From Neoechinorhynchus agilis (taxonomy: Eukaryota; Animalia; Acanthocephala): DNA of 64,000 nucleotides. Each line of letters begins with the position of its first letter. Position 1 is the stretch's first letter. The stretch covers positions 5,302,389-5,366,388 of the forward strand of contig CM121343.1 of assembly GCA_051530055.1 (NCBI GenBank). Direction: 5' to 3'. The notes beneath the pieces were generated by a model. The model did no database searches, had not been told where the DNA came from, and was given only the letters and a program-made list of their open reading frames with translations. The translations under genes and the position numbers were made by a program. Of the stretch, positions 1 through 13,155 are shown piece by piece.

Positions 1-710
1 AAAAGATCGGGCGAAATGGATATTGGACGGAACGATTCGGTCACGTCCATTTTTCGGAAGAAGGGTCGCCTTAGCAGTTTCCAGACAAGAGGGGTAGATG
101 CAATATAAAAAGCTGATTTATAATGAGGGTAAGAGAATCTATAAGTTCGGGATGATGCAGCGAAGTGCCAAGTTTGGGATTTCGGATTGAGGGAACGAAT
201 TTTAAGATAATTTCTTGAGATGTTGTAGGACTTCGTATGACAGCAGTAAGGGGAGTATTGGAGAGTTGACAGAAGTGTCAGTTGCGGGAGTGATATTTTG
301 TGATGAGTCTAAGATAGGGCAATGGCTGTAATTTGAGTCAGAGCAGAGGTTCTGATTGATGGAGTCTAGAACATATTTCAGTTTAGAAGAGGACCAATAT
401 GAGAAGGGATCAGGGGTTGCGTAGACCAAGTCTTTGACGGTCCGCTACCATGTTGAATTGCCCCTAATTTTAAAAAATTCTGGATGTTATGGTCCCGTTT
501 TGCCCAGACGGGTAATCTAGGTGATTTTTGACGCTGAGGTGAGGTGGAGGGAGTGATGAGGGCAGAGTTCGCGGGGGGAGGGAGTTTAGAGGCGGATGAG
601 TAGGCGTCGATATTTGTGAACACTTGTCGAGGTGAGCGTCAATACGAGTTGGGAAGTCGCAACTCGGAGAAGGGTAGAAAAGGAAATAGATTATTGAAGT
701 CCCTTGCAAT
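1..710 (-). mobile_element. Degraded non-LTR (LINE) ORF2 relic, N-terminal part of RT
   Basis: Minus-strand frames read EVLQHLKKLS..IPNLAL..AKATLLPKNGRD, resembling LINE RT0/RT1. Broken by stops and frameshifts. Same purine-rich plus-strand composition as 26200-27160 and 63400-64000. Confidence 0.6.
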
Positions 711-799
711 TAAGAAACGGTGTGAATTTGCGGAGTTTAAGTAGCTCAGTCGAACACTGATGAACGCGCATCATCACGAATATACACCGCACAACACGA

Positions 800-1001
800 T
801 CCACTATTTTGCCCCCTTCGGAGTAGAGACGTATTGAGCGCTTGGCAGCTCGGCACTCACTCAAGATCTCTCACCGGCGACGCACGAGCAGGTGTATTCC
901 TGCGACAAAATATTTCGCTTGCAGTACAACGAGGCAATGCTGCTAGCGTGATAGCGACAGCCGAGAGAGGAGAGAAGCTAAGATTTTGTGGACGGTGGTG
1001 A
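800..1001 (+). mobile_element. 3' end of CRE-clade (restriction-like endonuclease) non-LTR retrotransposon
   Basis: Translates HYFAPFGVETY*ALGSSAL...TGDARAGVFLRQNISLAVQRGNAASVIAT..GRW*. Close DNA match to the minus-strand copy at 28652-28900. Confidence 0.8.
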
Positions 1002-1302
1002 TTGAACGTTTTGTACTTTATTATTAATGCGAACATTAACATTGAACAAAATCATTATTAGTAAGAATTTCTACACCTTCCTAAACCTTTATTTGAATTT
1101 TCAATAAACGTTTTATATAACAGTGACCGCAATGTTTCGCTGTTGTCGAAATCGATTTTAGCCTCTGAAAAAGCACCCTTATTTTCGAGTGCTCAATTAT
1201 TGACCTGCTTTTCGCCGTAATAATAAATGAAATTGATAAACCTGAAGAAATTTTACACAGCCTGGCAGGAAGAATTCGCGTCAAATATGTAATTGCCGCG
1301 CC

Positions 1303-2179
1303 ATGAATGATAAATTCGACAGCATCGGTTTTATGTCAGATTTGATAGACTGTCGTGCGGCTTTAAGGGGGTTATTGGATATGTGATTTATTCGTGAGTG
1401 TGTCTAATTAATGCCTTTAAACTAGTGATTAGAGCTACTGGTTGCTTTTTGTTGTACAAGCGATCGGTAATCGATTATAGTATCGCCATAATAGACTTTG
1501 AATGACAAACTCACGAGCAAATCACTTTCCTAATTATTAGCGATTCGTCCAATCAATGCGTGATTTTTTTCAATATAAGCGTTGTAGAGAATGATATCAG
1601 ATGATGATGATTTTAGTGAATTCCAACAAGCGCCAGCAATGGATCTAGCTGTCACTGAATCGAACGTCCAAGAGTATTCGTGTGAAGAGATGGTAGGTAT
1701 TGTCGAAGGAAAGACTCTCGAGCGTTTGTTCAGATGAAACCCCGTTTTTCGGATACCTTGCACTGCTTTCTGCATGGACCCAATGAATCCGAATTAGAAG
1801 ATGTTTCGTTGCCTGCAATGGATCCACAGGACGAACGTGAATTTGATATAAAGTACGTTTGTATCTTTTAATATGTCTACAAACCATTAGCAGGGCAGTC
1901 TTCAACATTCCAACGTTGAGCAATGAGTGGGGTCAGACACCGATCGGATCCCGATATGAGTCCATCATGAAGGACATTTTTGTAAAAACTGAGAATTCAC
2001 AAAATGAAATCAAAGTCAAAAACCAATCAAAACATCCATCTACATTTATAAAATCTCAAAATCTGTCTGATCAAACTCAAGAATTTGTACGATCGCTGCC
2101 GGATTTAAGTTTTATGTTGTCTGAGACCGTGAGCAAATCGGAAGATAAACAAATCAGAAGTTTATGTGGAATAAATTGA
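1303..2179 (+). CDS. Aftiphilin-like clathrin adaptor accessory protein (spliced; 5' end uncertain, firm from 1591)
   Basis: Exons joined by two short GT-AG introns give ISDDDDFSEFQQAP (DFxxF gamma-ear-type motif) ... MKPRFSDTLH ... EFVRSLPDLSFMLS. The last resembles the recalled aftiphilin C-terminal LPDL(T/S)FM motif. Confidence 0.5.
1373..1536. mobile_element. TA-bounded, inverted-repeat-lined insertion (162 bp TA-to-TA)
   Basis: TTATT direct repeat at 1372-1376 and 1534-1538. Imperfect IR at 1377-1404 versus 1504-1530. Confidence 0.55.
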
Positions 2180-5100
2180 GGTAAACTTTTCAAGAAATTT
2201 GCGATGAATTGTCCTTGGGTGTTGTTATCAATTTGCAACTAGAAAAGTCTAAAACTATGCACTAATCTTGCGCCTTGTAATTTTTATAGTATAGATAAAA
2301 GACGTTTTAATGTGCCATGGAATTTTCACAGCTATGAAAACTGCATCCGCCTGAGGAAATAAATATTGATCCATTTAACGTACAAAGGAACGTGTTCGGT
2401 TTTGATCGATAGCAAGGTCGTGTGGCCCATTCAGCTTTATACCAATCTCGAAAATCTAGGAAACCTATTTACTGTAGTTCTCATCTGAAATAAAAGCTTT
2501 CCTTCGATAGATTTCGCATGCTGCAACGCGAATGCAGTCGCAAGTAGAAACCTGTGAATGTAAACCAATCCTAAGATCGATGTATCGATATTGGAAGTTG
2601 GTTATTGCTGAGTGGCAATTAGATGAAAAATGACGAAAGATTAAAGGAGATTGATTCGACTTCAAACCGGAAAAACATACCTCAGTTTACGGTGACCGGA
2701 TTTAGAAATGCGTTGGAATCTTATTAAACAATTTAGACCGCTTGTGGAATATTGTTCTTTACAAAACTGCGCAAATCAAATTGATCGTACAAATGTCAAC
2801 GTCGAAGAATTTCTTAACCAATACACCTTATTCCTTTTCACTCTGTCTCAAAAATATTTCGGAATTCAGTATAAATTTTTGTTTTATTACTATCACGTAC
2901 CAAATTATCACAAAGAACGTTTCTATAAATGCACTTTATTCCCTTTTTGATCTTGCTACAAAATATTTTTAAATTCCATATAAATTCCTGTTTACACTAC
3001 ATACTAATGATTTTCGTTCTTCGATTTCGAAGCAATTACTCTCTAAATCAAAAACCATGAACTTTGAAATCGCTCTTGTCGTCCTGAATCTTATAACCAC
3101 CACGTCAATACACCCCTCAATGCCGTGGAGAATGATCATGTTAAGATTAACTGTCGTGAATATCGACCGAAAGTCTTAATTACATAGTGTACGAATCGTT
3201 ATTTTTGGATGGACCTAAACCACTTTGATTGGATCATTTATTTTGCACGGACGAGATAGAAGCAACACGATTGAAACTGTATCCATGAGGTGGACACCAG
3301 ACTCGATAATGACTGTTGTACAAGTACGTTTGTGAAATTAAAGCCGGCATATTTGGTCTCGGTACGGATGCTAATTATTGTCGTTACGGTTAAGCGGATT
3401 TTAGAAGAACTGTTTAATCGCTGCGCGCTGATTGGTGGTTGACCATAGACTCATCACAAAAGTGACCAATCAGCGTTCGTGAAATTTGGGGAGCGAACGT
3501 AGCTCTTCCGCACAAGATGCACGATTTATGTCAAAAGTTGGTGAAGAACTATACTATATCAAGCCGATATCGAGTAAAAGAAGAATTCGAGCCTCCATGG
3601 TTTTGTTAGTAAGTCTGTCCAAAGTGTGGATTTCAGAGTTTAAGCTCTGCGATTTCCATGTAGAGTTGCAAAGTGCTTCTATATGTGCGTGTACGCTGGA
3701 AAATAGCGTTTGCATATCCGCTTTCTCATGTTGGCAGAGAAATGGCTGCAATGTGCAACAAGATCAGGCAATTAGCATGCCCGAAGCACTTGCTTCTCCC
3801 GGTCACCTAGAAGGAGTTGCTTTATATTTCTGCGATTCTCACACCGCGGCGGCGCCGTTACATTTTTTGGTTAACATTTCACCTCGAGTTTCTAAACGTA
3901 GGGTGATGGGACAAAATGTCAAAAATTTCTCAAACAGCATTTGACGTCGCATTGCTCCCCACTCAGACACCGTGAGTCAGATGCAGACGCCGTGCTCACA
4001 AATGCGCCTCCTCCCGAATTTTAAGTTTTCTCGTTAGATTGGGAGGTCGCCCTATTCGATAGTGACTTCCCGGGAGTTTTGTCAAACTTATTCAAGCAAT
4101 TTCTTCAAAAGCCACTGCTTCATTCGCGAAAGTCCACACCATTTGGCGAAACTGAGACGGTAATGCTGCGAAAACATTCAGCAGTAATCGGACCGCCGTG
4201 ACAGCCGACGGTCTGCGAGTGAAGCCGTTGGGTCGATGCACCTAGGGAGACTTTTACGGATTGCCTTAATGAGACATAGCAGCCAGTACATCCATAGTGA
4301 TGCCTTTGTTTATTTATGTTGGATTTGACAAGAAACGTATTGAATTGGTGGGCGGGACTGCGCACTTTATCGACGTTGCTGCCCGTTTTACTCACGACAC
4401 TCGTCGCTTTTTCGAACCACTGGCGATTCGTATACTTTGTTGTCACCTTAGTCGTTAATGACGGTGCGTGAAGATTAAGGACTTCTTTTTTAGGCTATCA
4501 GATGTCTGCTTTGCTTTTGGAGCGGCAGGACCTAAAGATGATAATACATAAAAGCTCATCTTGACTGATTGGTCGTGATAAAAGATCTCGTTGCACTATA
4601 TGTATTTTTGATTAGTTTCTGTTCCTTGTGTCTTCGTCCAATCGCCCAACTATTCCCATTTTCTGCTAGGCACCTGTTAGCTTTCCTATTAACCCAGCAC
4701 ACGGGTGCTCCAAATGTGATATAAACCGCCGATTCATCCTTTTTGCCGGCTTTTCGTTCAACGACGTGCACTCGGTTCCAGGCGACACGTGCACTGGTGC
4801 CTCCTTTCTCTCTCTTTCTCTCGAATATACGGTGGAATTCCACGATGTGGAGGTTTCCAAAATGCTCATAAAAAGAAATAGGACCCCGTGGTTTCGCGCT
4901 TTTCCCTACAATTCCCAACACATGAACGCATCAAGCTCGGTAAAGGCAATCGATCTTTCCAGTTCGGAACGCTTCCAATATCCGCCCACAAAGAATAATT
5001 ACGACCTTCAGTATTGTACAGACATTCCTCGCCACGAGTAGTCGCGCCACAGCCACAAACACATTGGTTCCCCCCCTCAGTAGCAGCACCAACAATTGTC

Positions 5101-5315
5101 TAATGGCCGTGCAAAACTACCAAATACGCACACAAACACACACACATACACACATTCAACCCATCACCCGCCTCCCATACATCCGAACAATCCACTCGTC
5201 GGATCGCATGGTCTCAGGTTTCCTCTATTCCTCATCAGTCTACTGCGTCAGAATCCACATACTCGCAGAATGCGACAAAATCAATCGAGAAATTTGATCC
5301 AAATCTAAAGCTTTT

Positions 5316-8181
5316 ATGATAAAAAATATCCTGTCTCTAATCGTTATTGTCTATTCTGCAATCTACTTGAATAAAGGTGAGTAGAAACAACCGAAATGTC
5401 ACGAAAACTCACATTAAAACGCTTAGTTTGCTGTAATGTACACCAAAACGAAATGCCACAACACTACATCGATGACTATATCGATGACCTTGACCAATTC
5501 GGTCAGTATGCGCCAGACAGAAATATAAGTGCCGTTTTAATGAATCATTTATCATTGTCCGACGACTTTTCCGCAAATGTTACACGTCTTCGGAAACATT
5601 GTCAGCATGAAGTTCGCTGCCCACCATTTTGGACGCTGAAAGCTCAGAGCAACGATGAACACGTAGTCGTTCCTGTTGGAGACAATTTGGTATTCGGTTG
5701 CACTGCTGAAGGAAACCCTAGACCGTCAGTCAAATGGTACAAGAATACCATTATTCTTGGTAGCGAATATGAGGTCGGGAAAGTTAACTTTTCCGAAACG
5801 TTCATCCTAGATATTGTTCAGTTGTCTTCTAACAACGTAAGGATTGAAAATCAATCACTCGTTTTCGATTTTATTCTTCCCAAAGACCAAGCTGATTACA
5901 AATGCGTTGTATCAAACGGCGTGGAACCATCAATCAGCCGGGTTATTAATCTTGTCGTCCAAAGTAGAGTTCTGGCACCACCGTTACACATGACCAGCTC
6001 AATGGAACACAAATTGATCGCCTATGCGAATGAAAATGCGTCGATGGAATGTAGATTTTACAGCGATCCAACGGCATTTCTCGCGTGGTACAGGATTGCT
6101 GACAATGATACCGAAGTTCTGTTGAAGGTGAGTGAAAATCAATGATCGGAAGGGGTGTTTCGGGTAGAATTGGGAGTACTCGGAATTTAAGACAGGTTGG
6201 TGACAAAGGGCTGTGTTTAGGAGATTAACGCTAAGTTCAAATTCGAAAATCGGGTAATCAGAGTTGTTGTCGTTGTAATTCTGCACGAGTCTGTTGGCCT
6301 TGTTAAGAAATACAGCATGTATTGAAGTTTGTTGTTTTTAGATCAGTTCTTGAAATGGTACGGATCAGCGAGCACGAATCCGCACTTGTTATGCTAGCAC
6401 CTTTTCCATTTGCTCCCTAGGCCGCACCACTAACCTCCACGATGTGTGTGAGTATAGGAATACAAATTCAATACGATGTCTGAAGTCGAAGCAAAGATAC
6501 TCACGATTATCAATGTCGCCGTTAATGACACTGGCAAATATTTGTGCCGAGTGTCAAATGACTTCGGAGACTCTGATCAAAAATATTTTCTCAAAGTATT
6601 CCCCGGTACCTATTTCAATGCAATCGTCTTTATTCGCCTTTGAGCGTTTATCACAGGTCCCAGGCCAAAGGAAGTTCACCGTAGCATCAGCAAATTAGCC
6701 GGGATCGCATTGATGATCCTCGTCGCGGTTTTAAGTGTAACCGTGCTCGTATTTGCTCTCATCGCTGCTTGCCAGCGACAAAGATTTATCAAAGGGACAT
6801 TTGGACTTACGCATAACATACTCTCATTGGGTCTCGGTGAATCCATGCGAAAGGTATTCTCATACATTCCATTAGATAGAGCGATTCAGTTTGTTCTGCT
6901 AGAACCCACTGTACCGGTACTATAGCTCTACGTCACCGCAGGCCACAAATAACGCTGGCACCGATTCGTCGCTGAATGAAACTGTTGACGATGAACAAAA
7001 GCAGTTCCTTTCTAGGGATGTAGTAGCGTTGGTCTACAATGCATGCAATGCTGATCAGCACAGTATACCCATTGAACGGTAGGTTTCCGTGAAGTTTTAA
7101 GTAATGGTAATGCAGAAAATCTGGGAAGGATAAAAGTAGGTAACCTAATCGGAGAAGGTGCATTTGGGCTTGTCTTCTTCGCTGAGTTGGAAGGAATACA
7201 AAAAGGTACAAAAACAGTGGCGTTAAAGACACTTAGAGGTAAGATAAGACTTAGCCAAACTCGCACCTCAGGCCCCGTAGATCAAGCAACTGAATATGAA
7301 GTGCGAAATTTTATCGAAGAAATGAGAATTATGACAAGCGTTGGAGAACATCCTAACGTCATTAAATTTATCGGTTTCTCAATATATAACGGTATTTTTA
7401 AGTTGTACATATCGATTATGATCGTTGTCGTTTCCAAGGACGACCAATGGCGGTTGTTGAATACGCCAAATATGGCAACCTTCGTGACTTCCTTCGAGGC
7501 CGTCGTCCAATCGACTATTTCGTGAACGCTATAGATGATGGAGCAACAGATGACGGCGGCTACTGCTGCACGGATGATACAGGGAAATGTAATAATTCTA
7601 GCCTTCAGCACGACGGCATTGCAGTGGCAACATCAGTAAGCCCACGGGTACTCGTAGAATTCTGTATCCATGTAGCCAGAGGGATGCAATATCTGCATCA
7701 GCAAAAGTGCATCCACCGGGACCTTGCAGCACGAAATGTGCTTCTAAATGAGAAAAGGCAATGCAAAATCGCTGATTTTGGGCTTGCAAAAGATATATCC
7801 CAGGCCTATTACTACAAAAAGCAGAGTGATGGTCGCCTCCCAGTAAAGTGGATGTCCCCGGAAAGCCTATTTGACAGGAGAGCCTCCTACAAGTCCGATG
7901 TGTGGTCTTATGGAGTCCTTGTATGGGAAATCATGACCTACGGAGGAACGCCGTATCCCTCAGTTCCAGTTGAAAAGCTATTCGATTATATCAAAGAAGG
8001 GAATAGGATGAGCATGCCCGTGTATTGTCCGATCGATATATACCAGCTGATGTTAGAATGCTGGAGATTCAGGCCCAGTCAAAGACCAGACTTTGATCAT
8101 CTGCTCACTACGCTCAATGAGATCGCGAAAGCCATGAACGATAGCGATTTGTTTGGGCTTGAATATATTGATGTTGAATAA
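5316..8181 (+). CDS. FGFR: FGFR-like receptor tyrosine kinase (signal peptide, 2 Ig domains, TM, split kinase)
   Basis: Signal peptide MIKNILSLIVIVYSAIY. Ig motifs GCTAEGNPRPSVKWYKN, DQADYKC, DTGKYLC. TM GIALMILVAVLSVTVLVFALIA. Kinase GEGAFG, HRDLAARNVL, KIADFGLAKDI..YYKK..GRLPVKWMSPE. GT-AG introns include 5377-5426, 6128-6457 and a 33-nt in-frame intron near 7229. Confidence 0.9.
6150..6290 (-). mobile_element. Probable LINE fragment inside an FGFR intron
   Basis: Purine-rich block with the same composition as the other LINE relics, within intron 6128-6457. No diagnostic motif seen. Confidence 0.3.
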
Positions 8182-8532
8182 TTTTCAACGCCGCGCAAAT
8201 AGCCGCGTATTGAAATCGCGCGGCAATATAGTATGCTAAAATTTATGAACAATACTCACATTATGAAACTCTTGTGTTATGACAACTAGGCGGGCGCGAT
8301 GGACATATTTTCCTTTCTCCAATTACTTAAGGATCCGATCAATTTGAAACCGATCGGTAACATATCGACTGGACGGATAAACCATTTCTAATTTTTACTC
8401 TCAGTGGAAACATCATTAATAAAATTAATTCATCTATTAGGACGTAGTTATTATCTCACCGCAAATGACTTCGTCTTTCATACGATTCAGAGTGATCCCA
8501 TAATCTAGCAGTTGATGGCGACAACTGAAAGC

Positions 8533-8897
8533 TACAGAATTCGCGTATATCGCATCCAGTTTTTCGACGATATTTTTATCAATGATTCGTCTTTCTTTGA
8601 GGGATTAATCGGACCACATCGTGGTGTGATCATTTTGGTTCTAGAGACCGGCTAGCCCGATAAACCGGTGATTTGATCGAATAAACACACCAATTATAAA
8701 TTATCAACTTTCTAGGTTACACAAAAAATAGCAGTTTGAAAAATTGCAGCCATTACGATTAAAATAGATTTCGGTTCTCTACTAATCTGAACTTTTTAAG
8801 AAACGTCTTTGGAACTAATAAGGTCGATCGTCCAAATTATATCATTGAATATTTTGAGCAAAGCTCTTGCCTCATAAACCGAAAGCAATGCATGCTG
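8533..8897 (+). repeat. 365-bp dispersed direct repeat, copy 1
   Basis: Identical to 16443-16807 except two substitutions seen (ctaggtt/ctagatt, ttcggtt/ttcgatt). Confidence 0.95.
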
Positions 8898-9719
8898 CGT
8901 CCTTCGCTTTTCGACATTCTTTGACCTTGCAGAAGTCCCATTTAATAGCCGTTCGATACTCACAATATCCACATTTTGCGCATCGATTGTACGCCCATTT
9001 TCAACGTCATCAGCCTTTGGAGATTTCATTTTTCCATTTGACCTTCGCCTTAAATCGTACATTATTTGAAAATTATGTTTTCATGAAAATATTTAATAAA
9101 TTTTACAATAGCTTCATCTCTACCCTCAGCTCGTTCCGACGGAAAACATTCTTTGCAAAGGTTTTAATCCGAAAAGCTTAAACATGACAAGATTCAATCA
9201 AGTTAAAGATATGATCGAAGAACGTCTCGTGCCGGAGGATATCTCAAAACTGCTACTATTAATAAAGAAGACGGATTCAAAGAAAAAGAGTTAGTGAGCC
9301 ATTGGTTATTTTATTGTTTTTCGTTGTTTACTAACTATATATTCCATCCGGTTGGATGTACCTCCTAAAAGAATCGTTTATTATTTGCTGCAAATTTATT
9401 CGGCTAGGAGCAAGGATGGGAATCTTCCCATCCAAAAAAATCCGGTGTGCATTGGGGGATCACTTTCTTCGCAGAGGATCACATTCGTGGAATTCATTAT
9501 TCCTCCGCTTTTTGAATCTTGATGACCATTGCTGTGCAATACATTTAAAATAAAAGAATATAAGTAATCTTCAAGAACAAGAAAGCTATTTAGTCACATA
9601 ATGGCTCGGAGACCAGCCTTAAGGAAATAATGGGGGAGAGAAGACAAACGAATTAAGATACAAAGGATTGAACTCGTTGTTTCACATTGTGTATTGTTTG
9701 TATGTCTCTTATCAAATAT

Positions 9720-11500
9720 TTTCGTTGTTTGGGAACGAAAAATAGTTATACGCCCTAATTTCGGTTTCCACGTCGCGTGTGATAAAACTATCGATACGAG
9801 ATGCTCCTAGCCGCCTGATGGCGGTGGTGTGAGTGACTTAGGGATGATGGAGATCAATAAAAAAATTATTCGCAGAAGGACCATGTGAAATAGTTTGAAT
9901 AAATCGAACGTGTCATTCATTGGCGATCGCTGTCCATTTATCCACTTTGGCGGTCCAGTCGACGGTGTTGGCCCATGCGAAAGGGAGAGTGGAGCTGAGT
10001 CTCAGGAATGTGCAGCTAAAGCTCTGGTGTTGTTCGGGCGGTCGTCCTCTAGAACAGAAGACTATACCAGATATGGCCCATGAGTTCCAAATAGATCTGC
10101 AAGTCTTTGGATTGAGGCCTAGTCGGGCCCGGGAAAAAAATCAAGGGCGAAAAACTTCTTGAGAAAGTCTCTAATGCGTCGCTTGCCAACGACGGATTTT
10201 GATTTTATTAAAAACTTGGTCTTTTTATTATTTAAGGCAAGACCCATGTGAGGTAGTTTTTCTTTTAAGAAATTCAGAACTGCAGCAAGCTTCGCTCGAG
10301 CTTGCACATAGTTGCGTTCTTTTATTACCACGGTGAGATCGTCCGCGTACATGGTGATAGAATGACAGACTTTGCAGTTTTGAACAATATATTGGGAGGC
10401 CAAACAAAAAGAATCAAAACCGGGAACTCCTTTAACCTGAAAGTAAACTGAGCGAGCGGGGTCGTCCGAGAAAAAGAACCGTCTGGACTTCAAGGTATTG
10501 TGAACCCTAGCTATGAAATTGAAAGGAAAATTAAAAAACCGCAAAATACTCAGGATAATTGTCGAATGCCTTGCTGATATCAAAAGAAATCAAGATATTC
10601 ATAGCACGACGGTTCTGGCCAAAATTAAGTATAATTTCGTTCATAGCAGAGTGGACTGATTTGCCGGGAACGAAGCCATGGCATCGCTTATCGATGATAT
10701 TATGCTCACAGGAGAACGCGACGATCCGCTTTGCCAATATTCTCTCAGCTATGGAGACCAACGAGTTTTGAATGGAGATTGGTCTCACATCTCCCGGAGA
10801 AGATATTGATCGAACTTTACCTTTGCGTAGGAAAATCCTTTTCGCAATATTAATTTCGGACCATTCTTCAGGTGAGGCTAATAGCATGACACTGGTCAAT
10901 AATGAAATGTTATCCCTAATCAAGACGTTGGTTGCTTTGAAACAAGCTGAAGAGCCGCTGCATGAGGTAAGATTCTTAGAGGTCCACCATTGCAAAAAAT
11001 CTTTTTTGGTGAGATCAAGTCTCCGTGGTTTAGGAAGTATGAAGTTAGTGGCGATGGGAATCGGACTGGCACCGTTGGAGTGTTCGGAGCAAAGTGCACT
11101 GATGACTGTGTCAATGCCTAAAGCTCTGATCCAGGCGGCAGCTGCCCTTTTCCATGGGAAGGAGCGCTTCCGGTTTACTACTCTCCACCATTCCGATGAG
11201 TGGGGTAGGTAAGAGCTGATCATTTTGCGATCTTGGGCGATCTGGAATCTGGCTTTGCACGGCCAGTAGAGAGATGACCAAAACTTAGAGGAACTGGTGT
11301 CGCCCGTTGCCTTAGCTTTAAAGAGCTCCTTACCGTAAAGGGATAATAGATTGGGTTTCCGAGGTATTCCTACGGATCTCCTGACGGTGGTATGGAAATT
11401 GTCACTATTGTCAGCCAGAAAATTGTTGATATCGTTAAGCTCGGTGGATTTTGAACCAGACAAAAAAGCGGGTAACAGCAGGTGACGATTAAAGTTTTCA
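9720..11500 (-). mobile_element. Non-LTR-type reverse transcriptase element, frameshifted, no endonuclease evident
   Basis: VRPISIQN, HGFVPGKS, FDISKAFD, KGVPG (QG segment deleted), MYADD, LNNKKTKF. Thumb-like sequence continues in another frame to about 9720. Confidence 0.85.
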
Positions 11501-12689
11501 TATGTGCTATGTCACGTATTTCTTTGTTTTTAAGCTAAAGTATTAAATTTATATTAGATTACCGTTAGGATTTTACAACCATTGAGGGCTTAAAAGGACG
11601 TTTATTTGCCTGTTTATTTTGCATAAAACTTAAAATCATCAAAAAGAGTTTACAAACATTCACATCACCTCTCTGGATCACTCTACTGCCGTCCTTGTGT
11701 AATGGTCGAAAGCAACCGATGCCGCATTGCCTGTTGCACGAGCATTGTATCATCCAGTTACCAGCAGTTAAAGCTGGATCAAGTGCGCGACAGGATGGAT
11801 TGCGAGTGAGAAGGCTATTGGGCCCAAGGAGTCCTATTGTTGAACTCATCTTTCTGACCACCGAACGTGGTTCTTAAACTGCTTTTCCGCGATACTTTTA
11901 TTCAAAATTTCTGCTTTTAAGCGGCGCAGAGTTCCAATTGCAATGGGACGAATCTCACCTTCCCTTTTCGCGAGGGCACACAACGATACGCCGAAAAAAT
12001 AGCTCAATTGCTTTTGGAATCAATTTTCCCCCTGCAATTGGCCCGCAAAATAGGCCAATGCATCTAAATTCTCATCGTTATCACCAACATCCCTCAGACA
12101 AAAGACAGTTCGAGTGTAAATTGTAATTTGCAAATTAGTGCACAAATAAACAATTACAAAGCAAGAAATCAAGGACACGCAAATGGGATATTTTGTAATT
12201 GTTCACCGCAAGTGACAGATTTTTGGCATATACAAGCATTTCCTCGAAAACCAATCCACTTGATAGAAGCGCACCAATCGATCGAAAGCTGAAGTTAAAC
12301 ATTGTTTAGTTCCCTCTCTCAAATTCATTTTTGTGTTCTGCCTACGGTCCTAATTTTTGTGCGTGGCAAGGTTCAATAACAGCACAAAAAAATAATCAAT
12401 TAACTTGAGATCATTTGCAAGCAGATTAGAAAATTACTAAATTCCAGTTTTTGCAAAAATTTCATTTAAAATGCTGACTTGATATTTTTAACGATAACGT
12501 AATACTGACGTTTCGCACACTTGAATCTAATCTCTTTGCGCTACTTAACTTTATTACATTTAAAGGCAGCAGAAATAAATTGAGAGATTTGATATTAATT
12601 AAAAATTCAGTATCATCCCTTTTACATTGATCAACTTACTACAAGACTTATGAAAGCCTTTTAAGAATAATCGATGGTTATTATTAATT

Positions 12690-12755
12690 TCAGCTTCAAT
12701 TAGCGATGTTTGATTCAGAAATAGATTATTGAAAATTTTCGACTTTTTCGTTGCT
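12690..12755. repeat. Solo copy of the Penelope terminal segment
   Basis: ttcaattagcgatgtttgattcagaaatagat...aaaattttcg matches 17486-17553 and the reverse complement of 18468-18536. Confidence 0.85.
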
Positions 12756-13155
12756 TGTAAGTTTTTAAATATGTAAGCAATTTGTTAACTGTGTATGTGT
12801 CGCTTGTAATAAAGGTGGATGGATTTGACTGATCTCTTTACGTATATCTGGAAGAATTGTGACTTATAGGAAAGGAAAATCGATTGTTCCTTGTGATTAA
12901 CAAATTAATATATTTTACTTGAATGCGTATGGTTTATTTGATGATTTCAGTGAAGTGCTCTTAATTGAGTTCTTGGTTTATTTGCGTATCGTCTTATTTG
13001 TGTTTTATTTCTAAATCTGTTTTTGAAAACGTTTTTCTTGGATTCGACTGAAATGTTGAAGATTTTGTACGTGATGTCACTTAATGTAGCCATTCTTTCT
13101 GGAAGAATCATCACTGCCGGGTCGATGAGATCTGGCCGCCTTTGTTAAGAAGCGA

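Noticed and set aside
3426-3475. 11-bp inverted repeat of CCAAT-containing sequence
   Set aside because: Too short to assign and not interrupting a recognisable gene.
3486-4020. 152-aa ORF, and a possible extra CRE 3' end near 3830-4020
   Set aside because: The ORF has no motif, and the CRE similarity is too weak to call.
4120-5041. Minus-strand ORFs with a faint RRM-like or CRE-like look
   Set aside because: No diagnostic motif and no coherent splice model.
6933-7789. Antisense ORFs overlapping FGFR (and similarly SURF4, DNAJC2, SNF2)
   Set aside because: Shadow frames of real coding sequence with no independent support.
8400-9300. Protein-coding gene around repeat copy 1
   Set aside because: Several protein-like short frames on both strands (including an FFDDIFI segment), but stops in all frames and no consistent model.
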